64,000 nt of DNA from NCBI GenBank assembly GCA_965153285.1, contig OZ229119.1. One strand, given 5' to 3'. Shown in pieces: positions 1 to 11,200 of this stretch. Position 1 is the first letter of the stretch; every line of letters starts with the position of its first letter. Under the pieces are notes generated by a model. That model made no database searches. It worked only from the letters and a program-made list of their open reading frames with translations, and had not been told where the DNA came from. Origin of the DNA: Podarcis tiliguerta (taxonomy: Eukaryota). The translations under genes and the position numbers were made by a program.

Positions 1-3000
1 ACAAGACCTCTGCAAATATCACGACTGCCCCATTTCCTGCAAGAAATACCTTCAGTTTCAAGACCACCCCGCCCACCCTTTGCCCTCACCCTCCAATCTA
101 TGCAGATTATTTCTTACACAGGAAGGCCAATGTTTCCTTGGACGATGACATCCCAGTGGTGAGCTCCCCCAAGCCATGTCTCTGTCCCTCCCATGGTCAC
201 CGGGAACCGTTCCCTGCTGGGGCCAAGGGGTTGGGCCACTTTTGCTCAAACTTTTCAAAAAAGAGCTCGTCCGTGAAGGGCCCGCTGTGCACAATGGCGT
301 CAAGGATGAAGTAGAGTGCCACCACCATGCCGCTGATGAGGCAGAAGGGCAAGAAGGGTTTGAGGTGCTGCCAGAAAGTCTGCAGACAGATGTTCATGGG
401 GCTCTGGGAAGACACACGAGCCAGCTGTGGTGGTTGCCCACAAAAAGGGTCTCGGTCTGGAAGTGAAGCCGCAGGAAGGGAGGGGAAAAAAGGCACAAGA
501 GAGCATGAGGGGCTGTAGAAGAGACAGTCCTGAGATGGCTTGCTGGCAAGAAAGTTAAAAGTAGGAGGCAGACAGTCCAGTTGGAGAAAGAGGAATAAAT
601 AGAAGGAGCCTCTTTATCGGAAAGATCACACCCGTCACAGGAGGATCAGGTTTTGCTGGAGAAGTTAACTCAGTTCCAGGGTTGGGAGGAGAGTGGCCGG
701 AGTGTGCGCCAAGAGGTTGGGTTTCAGCATAAGATCAGCTGCTTCCAGCCTTCTCGCTCTCTGCCTCGTTTCTGCACAAATCGACTCCACTCCGCACTCA
801 GCAAACCGTTTGTTGAGAACAACATTCGGACAGCCTGGTACACAGCATCCTTCTCCCTGTGTCTGGTGTGCTCAACTGGCTCTTTGCGAGGGCAATCTGT
901 GAGTCAAGAATTATAAGCCCTTTCAGCGGCAGAAAGAGCTGCAGCAACGGCAATTAGAAGGATGCTGGCTCCCAGCCCGGTTTGCTAAGTGTTGGGGGTG
1001 GAGTGCATTTCGTGCTCAAGCGTAACCGCACATGCCCAAAACAAACATCTGTTTCTACAATCAGCAGGGGTCACTGAAAGGCTTCTTGCAGGTTTGCATT
1101 ACCAAGCCTAGGACTTTTCCCTCAGACACATCTGTGGGTTTTGGAACTACAAGGCCGAATTTGCTGAGTACAATGGAAAAGACCGTATCTTCCACACCTA
1201 AGTCCTCTACGGAATAACCATGCTTAGCATTATATACTACTTCCTGAGCATGCAGAGTGCTCTGCATAATTCTAACCAGTAATCCTTCATGCAGCCAACC
1301 TGAAAGATAGGTTGCAATTATAATTAACTCCCTATTGCAGATTTGGGGTGGAGGGGGAAAGAGTGGCTGTGAGAATAGTGGCTGCCCTGAAGCCAACTAG
1401 TGAATTCATGGCTCAGGTGAAACTGACCTCAGGAACTTCCTCGTAGAGTTTAGCTGAAGTGTCAGAGTCATCCCATTTGCAGGAAGTAAAGGAGATGGGG
1501 AATGTTTCAAGGTAAGATCCACTCAGTAGTCACTGGCCATCAATTCCTCATCCCCTTGATGTTCCACCATGATGTCCTGTTGCACAGGGGAAGCGTTCTG
1601 GGGAAAACATTTGATGGCCCTTCTTCCCAGAAATCCCCACAGCTCAATGGTACATCATGGTATAGCATGTCAAGAGGCTTCTGGGGGAAAAGACTGTAGC
1701 TGTCAGAAGGAACACTGACTGCTTCAGCTGTTACTGCCATGTGGTGGCTGTGAAATAAGGCATAAGGATGTGAAAAGAAGGATGTGAATCCTTGAAATTG
1801 TCTCCAAGTTCCACAAAAAAGTTTTTATTGGAGAACTTTTAGCCTACTCTTACATTTTGGCTTTCAAGAAATCTAGATCATTGTAACTGGGACAGCAGGA
1901 GCAAACAAGGTATGTGACTTAAGATACAGATAATGTACGGTGCAGGGGAAAGCAAACCTCCTCTTTACAGGAATATTCATTCCCTGCTTTAACCCCCTCC
2001 CCTCCCCACATAGTTCAAGTCATTTTTGTATGTGTGAGATTTGTTTTCAAAACTAAGGAGGAAAGGGAAATTCCAAAATCTTGAAATTTTCACTCTAGGT
2101 TACCCCAGAGAATTTTTAAAAATGCATTTATTTACTTAGTACCACAATAGCTATTTCCCTCTGGGGACTGTACAAGAAAATACTAAAGCAAAATATAAAA
2201 ATCATATGAATTCTGTAATGGAAAGAAGCAATGCTAAGTAAAGTAGGTGCGCATCATGAGATGAGGTTTGTCTCCTTTTCCAGGCTGCAAGCATGGGCAA
2301 CCGCAAGAAGCAAAATACAAGTATTGGGTATGGCTGGTGTTTACTCTCCTGGAGTATTATCTGCAGCACTGAAACACAGCTCTGCTCTCCATTTGGCCCA
2401 CGCTGTTAACAATAAATTATCCATTTCACTGCTGCTAAAATTCCTGGAAGCCATTAGAGAATGACAACATAACAGACAAGGGGGGGGGGGAAGAGTAGTG
2501 GAGAGAGTTAAGTGCTAATGAAAGCTCAAGTCTGCCTTCATTAGTTCTGGTGGGGATGGACAACAGCAGCAGCAATAAACAAAACCCAAACAAATCAGTC
2601 TCCTAAAAGACCAGGGTTTTAAACAGTACAGACAGTCTGCTCTTGAACTCCACCACCAAAGAACATTCAGACTGGAAAATCAAAGATGGGTGTGACATTG
2701 GAAGATTCACTCCTGCACTACAAGCAACCCTGCAAAAGGGAAATGGAAGCTGGTGAAAGAGCAGGGACAAACATGTAGCCTTTTTCCTATCCAGAAAAAC
2801 TGGGCATAAGCAGGGCTGAGCCAACACAGTTTGGAAAACAAAATATCTAACAGCAATTCACTGGAAATAGAAACTATTTGTCCCCAAAGGGCTCTGCGCT
2901 GGCACTCAAGTCCCTAGTGGGCTTCAACTACACCTGAGTACAAGCTTGTTTGTTTGGTATCTCTTATTAAACATACTATTCATTCTACAAGCACCCTTGA

Positions 3001-3331
3001 TTTCAGTTTCTCCTTTTCCTACTTGTGATACACTAGAATTTAGGGCTTATCTATTTGCTTAAGCACATGGAAAAAATATCAAGGGGCAGAGGGCCATAGT
3101 TTCTAGCAAAACAAGTCCTTCTTTTGAAAAAATTAAATGAAAATTCTGCATGGATCTAAACCATATTTGGCACCGAAAGCCAAATTCCTCTGTTTCTATA
3201 CATTATGCAAACCTGCATAACTTCTCTTGTTTTGAGTATGAATGAATGAACGTTCATTATTATGCCTGAATAGCCAGCATGCAACTCTTGTATACAACAC
3301 CTAATTTGCAGCAGCAGGTGCTGTCACTTAC

Positions 3332-3452
3332 TCTTTGCGCTGATCGGCCAAGTTGCTGCCTCGGGTCAGTGCAAACATGTCAAACTCTTCCTCCAGCTTG
3401 CCAGAATTGTTGAGGGACTGCAGTCCTGCACTGACGCTGCCGGAACCCAGAT
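3332..3452 (-). CDS. TOM1: TOM1 exon 11 ([13 protein letters not shown]...[22 protein letters not shown])
   Basis: 121 nt, TTCAG| acceptor, phase-2 donor GA|GTAAGT; carries the conserved FDMFA motif. Confidence 0.95.
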
Positions 3453-5257
3453 CTGAAAGGTGTAAAAGTTAAGAACAAGGTAACGTCTAACACACGTTCA
3501 GATCAGTAAAGTATAATGTGATATACATAACTGTCTGAAAATAGGATCACAGGAGGTTTCATTTCTTTTTGCCAGTAAGGATAATTATATGAAGGGTTGC
3601 ATGCGCCCTCTGTAAACTACCTCTCCCCTTCCTCCAACCCATTCATCCTAAGTGCTGCTATCAGGGTAAGTTATGAACATCAGCATACATTTGCTGGCTC
3701 GGCATGATTGATTCTGCTACCTTATATTAAATTAATTCTGAAGTTTTTAAAGCAAGGACTGAGGGAACATAAAGAAGAAAAGATACAGAAGCTAGAAGGC
3801 AGGTGAGCTAGTGGCTCCCAGAATCATGGGGCTGGGGTAGGGGGCAAACAAGGAAACCACACAGCAGAAGGGACACAGGTAAGTTACTCACTCATTTCTG
3901 CAAGCTGAGATGAGAGCGTGGAGGCGGCTTCTGGTTTTTTTTCTACTGCATTAGGTCCCACATCAATCAAATTGCTTGCATTTTCTGCATTGTTTAGCTG
4001 CTTTAAAGAGACAGAAAGTTTGCTTCGCTATTTTGAAACTATTCTCACAGCGTTTCTAATCAAATAACAACAACAACAATAATAATAATAATAATTTATT
4101 ACTTATACACCACCCATCTGGCTGGGCCTCCCCAGCGTGGTTCTGCTTCAGGAGGCCACAAATTTTGAATAACTGAGGAAATCTAAAACACCATTCATCA
4201 CCCAAAAAAGTCTGAGAAATTTGTAAATAATGGAATCAGCCTCACCTAGAATAAGACAAAATATCTGAATCTGCCACACTGAGGACTGTGCCCCTTGGTT
4301 CTAATGTGTTACTATCTTACCCTTCTAAGAAACATGAATAATAATAATAATAATATTTTTTATTTATACCCCAGCCACTCTGGGCGGCTTTCAACAGATC
4401 ATCTAAAACCTTGTTAGCATGCATTAAAAGGAAGGAACACTCATTCACCTTAGCAGGCTGGCCAGATCGGAGCCGTTCGAACCTATGAGAAAGAGAGAGG
4501 TGAGCAGATGAGCTCAGGTGGACGGCTTACACAAGCTGTTTTGCTTGCAAGGGGGTGTGGGCAGGGGAACGAGCAGGGGAGGGGCGTGGGAATACCGTTC
4601 GTGGCGCAGGAAAATGTTGTTGAGGTTGTCATTGACAATGAGCAGCTCCTCTGTTAGCTGTTCATTGAGGATGCGGGGGATCAGCTCCAGCACACGCTGC
4701 TGCATCGCTTTACATGTCCGGTTCAGCTCCTACCCACGGCAAGAGAACGTACATTGTGAAAACTGAACCAAACAACCTAGGTTAACAAGTGGCAGCTAGT
4801 AACCAGCCCGGGCTAAAAATCCGTTCCTACTGCTCGAGTCACTGGCGTGATGGGTTATTTTTGTCAGCATAAGCTAAGCCCACCTCAGCACTTGCTGGCC
4901 CGAACCAAATTAAGTCCTAATTCACAGCAGCAGAAGCAAACTTGTGTTGCAGCCATATCCTACCTGGAGCAGGTCAAGGTCGGAGGTTTCAGCTTGTCCT
5001 GGCACAAGCTCCGTGAGCATCTCAGACATCACTTTCACATTCCCATTCACCACTTCCAACTCGCTGCGTAGTTTCCCAATCTGAAAGCACAAATACACCC
5101 ACTAAGTCCCACTGGACTTTCCACTCTCACAGAAGGACGCAGGAAATTACCTTGTATTATCAGACTATTGATTGAACTAGCCCAGTACGACCTGATCTCT
5201 CCAAAGACAGGCATTCCCCCATCCTGCTGCCTGTGATGTACACCTGTGTATACATAC

Positions 5258-5289
<32 letters not shown>

Positions 5290-8200
5290 ATAAGGACCTG
5301 GCTGTACCCTTGCTAAACAAATGAGACCTCTGACATTGATCCTTCAGGCACATTTTCATTACTGTTGTAACTGTGGAACTTGCAACCATGGAAGAACCAG
5401 GGTTCCTTTTAATGAAATAGTCTCTTCTCCATATGAGGAATTGAATAGCTTGTGGAACATGGGGGGGGGGGGGAGGAGAAGACCCCCCCCCCAGCTGGAT
5501 GTATCACAATAATATCACTACACTGTAGAGATGGAAAGGCCTAGAAAACCCCCGGAAAAATTGGAAAAGTGTGTGGAATATTCAAACTATATCAAACTGT
5601 GTTTTTTTTTTCAATTTTCCTGAAAAAAACCAGCTTTGGGGAAAAACAGGTCCCCCCCCCCCATTTCTCCGTCCCCCCCATGCCTTCCCATCTCTACTAC
5701 ATTAAGTTGAACCTACCTGCTCTGGGGTCGGTGTGATGGGGGCATCCGTGGCGGCCCCTGGAGAGACAGGGAGAGACACAGGATGCAGAATAGACTCTAT
5801 TGCTTGAGGGGAGTCTGCTGCTGGTGAATTCACTCCGGTAGGGGAGCCTGAGGTATATACGGTCTAGGGAGGAATCCGTAAAATAAAAGAGAAAGTGGTT
5901 CAGTAACAGATGAAAAAAAGCAAAGGATATTCCCCCCCCCCTCTATTAATTCACCCAGCAATGTTCTACGGTGTTTTCTGCTCTCTTTGGTGTTCCCCTG
6001 AGTAATTTGTTTATTAATTACATTTATATGCCACCTTTATCTTCCAAGGAGCTGAAGGGAGTGTACATGGTTCTCCTCCCCATTTCATTCATACAACAAC
6101 CCTGTGTGGTGGGTTAGGCCAAGAGATGGTGACTGGCCCAAGGTCACCCAGTGAGCTTCAGGGCTGAGTGGGGGTTCGAACCCTGATCTCCCAGGTCCTA
6201 GTCCAACACTCTAACCATTACGCCACACTGGCTCTCCAGTAACGAGCTGGACATGAAGCCCGCCAACCTCCTTACATTCTCTGGGCTAACCATTAATCCT
6301 CCTCTATGGATTCTAAAACAGACTGCCCTCAATGAAATGCACCCCAGCCACAGATCCCAATGAGCTGGCGGAAACTAGGTTTTTGTCTCCATATGTGCAG
6401 TGAGGACTCTAGTAAGCTTCAATGTACTGCTTGCTTTTTAAAATTGAAGAGACTGAATTAGGTCTTGTACTAATGGAGAAACGGCTGAAAATATACTAGG
6501 GTCAAACCTTTCAGGCCAGCTTTTCTTCACCACTGTGAAGTAGGAAACCACTTCAGACAAACACAAATGTTTCCAATAATCCAAATGTTGCTATATCTTA
6601 TAAAATAGCAAAGAAACCTATCAGCATTATATCTGAAAGCAACAGCAGTGCATACATTATTGCTGAAAATGCTGGAAATATTCGTAATTTCTACACATCT
6701 TGAACACAGAGCTGGACTCTCAGTTTGTTCCCCCTTTGCAAATGCCTTTCCCTCTGGTTCTTCACTCTCCACATTAGACCGGCTTTGTTTTTAAGCCCTT
6801 CCCTCGTTGCCATAGACAAGAAGCAACAGCATGCAGGTGAGTGCTTGGGATTCCATGCAGGCTTGTGAACTGGATGGTGGAGAAGGGGGAGCAGTAGCTC
6901 ACTGCATCTCTCCCCCAAGTATGAAAACTAAGTGGGCTGCCAAAGCTGAGAGGGAATCCCCCTCCTCTATCCCTAGAACAGAACTGCAGCAGGTTGGTGC
7001 AAGAGGAATGGAGCTCTCTGCCTCTCTTCTCTAGCAAGCTAGTAAATATGCTTGCAGGCTAGTAACTTTTGTGGGGTTATTTACAAGGCTGCATTATTCT
7101 CTTCCAGGAGCTACGGGCTTAAAAAGACCCTCATGACGAAAGAAAAGTGTTAACCTTACCCTTTGTGGTGTATGGATGGGTGAGAGCATATCCAGATCAG
7201 TCATGGGAAACTCCAAGCCTTTCCTCCTCAGGTCCTCATAAACAGCCACAACTCCTGTCAGGTCTGGTGTACTACGGAATGCATCTGCCCAGGACTGCAG
7301 AGACAGAAAACAGGTACCGCCTCACAGTCTCATTATCTCTCTTCCCTTTCTTAAATTCTCATGGGGGAGAAGAGCAGGGTGTGTTATTGCTAAGATTCTG
7401 TAAGAGCACAGAAAAATTCCATAATGTGGTATCGGGAGAAGGATTCAAGTTTCCTGAAAATCTCTCCTTTGTTTATTTATTTAGCTTCTAGGCCTTATGG
7501 CTTCAAATATATGTATTAAAAAATGTGTCAACTATGTCAGCTGAAACCTCAGCCGTGGCTGAATAATATGTTTGGTAGCTGAAAGCAGGCTTCAGTGCCC
7601 TGTCTGCCTTCTTCTTCCTCCTACCTTCCTTCCTTCGACACTGGGATACATTATGCAAAGCAGCATATGCTGCAGAACACATTATGCAAATGAGATATTA
7701 TATTATGCAAATTGAATATATCTATATGTGTGTGTGTGTTGCAGAATTCAGATTTTCTTGACTGAGGATTTGGATTGTAAAGAGTGTAACTTTTTTACTT
7801 TTTAAAGAACAGAATATACTCAGACCTGAAAAAACCTGGGTGTGTGCCTCAGCCCAGGTTCAGACTCAAAACAACTATATATATTGTGGGGGTCACGTTT
7901 TAATTCTGTGTCGCTGTTCGTGTGCAGCATGGTAGGCAGCCCCTGAAAGGCAGACACAGTGCTAGAGAGATTAATGCACAAAGTAGCACCTTGCCATACT
8001 TACATTTGAACTGACTTCCTTTGCTAACTTCTGTTTAGTTTGCTGGGAGTTATTCGCCCGCGAAGGAAGGCAACTATGCACACTTGTGCAACTCATCTCA
8101 TGCACTCACCTGTATGAGGGTCAGCACCTTGTCGTGTACAATGGCCGGAGGATTGTTTTTGGGAAGAATGGTTCGCACCAGCACACCTTCTACAAAATCC

Positions 8201-11200
8201 TGGCTAGCGACCAGCGTGTGGAAGCGGTGGCCACAGTTTTTGACACATGTTTCAAGGACCTGTAGAACCAAATAAGAAGTCAGTGAAGGGGTTTTCGGTC
8301 CTCTTTCCCATGCAATCCCAACTGGAAATATCAGTATTTCCACTGCAAAAGTTCCAAATGGCAGGCAGGCATAAGGATATGTTTTGCTACGCAGGGTATT
8401 TCCACTTGCTTTTGACTAAATCAAACATGCACAACATATTTTTGTAGTCTTTTGGTGCTTTCCCACTACTTAATCCAAGATTTAACATCCCAGCTCAAAG
8501 GTTATACCCCCTTTTTTGGATATACCTCTGAAGACTTCAGACTATCTATGTCATTCATTTACTGAAGTAAGCAGAATCAAATGATTATAATGGCACTTTG
8601 CCCTATAACTCCCCCTGCAATAGATGACAAGAAGCAAATGCAGAATACTGTTGGGTTGGGGGGTGGGAAGAAATTGACGGGTTCTTGTGGTTATTGAAAA
8701 AAGGGTATCATACTCACTGTCAAAGCCAGCATCACCTCATGGAAGTTCTTATTCCCTACAATCCTTTTCTTTATGGCTCGGAAAGCATCTTTGGGGCTAA
8801 GAACAGAAGAAACAAGATTACAAAAGAACTAGCATTGGAACAGAGACAAAATATGCAGCTGGAATTTGGCAGGCCATAAGGTTTCATCAGTTTTGTTCCT
8901 CCGTCGCTACTGTTAAGAACCCAATTCAACCAGCCAATCGAGTCTGCCAACCTAGCCATTCCCATAATGTCAGTATCTTATCCCCAAAGCGTATTTGCTT
9001 GAATTAGAGGCAGAAATGCAGATAGCAACATGAACAAGAATTGCAAAGAATGCAAAGAGCAAGCTACAGATAGGTACATAAATTTAATAAAAAATAAGTA
9101 ACAAAAAGATGTGCAAGGAAAAGTGTTATTTCTGAAACATGTCCAGGTAAAGTCCTATATTGTTGTCTCCTTTGGAATGAAATGAAAGAGTCATATATAG
9201 CATGCCAGTAAGGGACAGCTGTTGGGCAAAATCAGAGAACAACATAAACAGCCCACCTACTGAAGACTATCCTGTTTCAAAGAGCACATTCATTCTGCAA
9301 GCTTGAGATCCATTCCACCAGTAGCTTTACAGGAGTAATAGTGAACATGCTATCTGTTGCCATGTTACGGAAGACGAAGAGTTCAGAAAGCAAGACATAC
9401 AAACCAAACCACCGTTATTTATTTTGGCATGTCTTGCTTTCTTGACACTTTACAAGCTTTCTGGATGAAACCCAAAACTTTAGCAACACCTAACAAACTT
9501 TTCAACACAAGGCAAGAAGCTTATCTTTGCATTACTGTGTTGTGGGGTGGGTTTTTTGGCAGGGGTGGGGTGAGAAGGTGGAACGAGATTCACTGCAGTA
9601 TAGAGAAAGAGAAGCAGAAGATAAATGTAACCATGCTAGGAGGCAGTGGATTTTGAGAGCAGTTAATGATGGTTGGGGGCTACCCAGTGGTAATCGAAGC
9701 CCAACTGCTGTGTCGTTGCCTGGTAGCGATGCCAGAGGACTCACAAATGTGGGGAAAGGGTGGACCAGCAGATGGCAGCTTGCTGAGGGTCCCCTCAAAC
9801 CTGGAGTTAGCCATGAATAGGATTACTAGCCTTCTCGGTAGTGGCGCCCGCCCTGTGGGACAGCCTCCCATCTGATGCCAAGGAAATAAACAACTATCTG
9901 ACTTTTAGAAGACATCTGAAGGCAGCTCTGTTTAGGGAAGTTTTTAATGTTTGATGTTTTATTCTGTTTTTAATATTCTGTTGGGAGCTGCCCAGAGTGG
10001 CTGAGAAAACGCAGCCAGATGGGCGGGGTATAAATAACAAATTATTATTATTATTATTATTAACATCACCAATGACACTTAGCATATTAAAAAGGCTTCA
10101 CAATGTTTACCCGCTAACAAAAATTACACCAATGAGCCTTGCATCTCCTGAAAACAAACAAATAATTAAATAAAGGCAAACAACTGTCCACGGATTAGAC
10201 CACACCATCAGATGCACATCTTTTCCTCTTACAACAAATTCAGATAGGGAGCTCCTGAGTAGCTTCAGGTAGGTCCCAAGCCCACAGCTAAGCTAGGATG
10301 CAAATCCATTTTTTCCCAATGTCCAAGTAAAAAACGGAACCTACTAGAACAGACCCAATGAGCCATGATGGTGTTGTATGAAAAACAAAATTGTGTGTGT
10401 GTGTGTGTGTGATGCAGTCATGCTGAGCTCATGATGGGACAAAGGCCTAGGGTTGGAATAGACACAGGGGCTGCAAGGCAGGCGCGAGGAGATACAGCTG
10501 ACAGGACAACGCAGCCTGAAGCCATACCACGTTGCAATAACGAAAAGAACAAGAAGGCTTCCTTTATTTTCTGTGTGGGGAGATATCTGCAGCCACGTAA
10601 GCACTAAGCTGCATTCCAGAAAGGCACCACTCCTATTGCATGTTGTTCTTGCCCTTCCTGAGGTCGCCAGCAAGCCCACTGAGAGTTATTTATAGTGTTC
10701 AGCATGGATGGGTTTGGCATTCCTCAGATTTCTGGATGCCTCAAAGCTGGGTTGTTCAGGGTATATGCATGAGAGAAGAAGAAGAAAAGATTGGATTGGA
10801 ATCTTCACACTTCTTTGTACCTCTCTGCTATTACTGTACTATCCGTATACCTGAGAGAACCTCAGTTGGAACTGAATAATGTCAGAGCACTGAATGGGCC
10901 AGCTGAGATTTTTCCTGTCTCCGTAGTCACCAGCCTGGAGAGTATTAGACTCCCAGTGAGGGAAAAGAAGGCAGAGTCAGAGAAAGAGAGAGAAATGGAG
11001 AAGGGAAAGGATGGCAATAAAGAAGGAACCCATCGAACAGTAAGCTGTCCTTGTGAGAAAAGGAAAAGAACAAAAAAAGGAAATGCCAGTGAAAGAATGC
11101 AAGACAGAGTTTAATACTACGTGAAAAAATTACGGGAAAGGGCTAATGGCATATCTGGCAGCTGGTGGTACAAAAGGCGGCTTCAAGCAGAATGTTGCTC

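Noticed and set aside
632-896. Two in-frame TGA codons suggesting selenocysteine readthrough
   Set aside because: No SECIS element recognised, and the neighbouring block also has TAA stops and frameshifts; decay or chance is simpler
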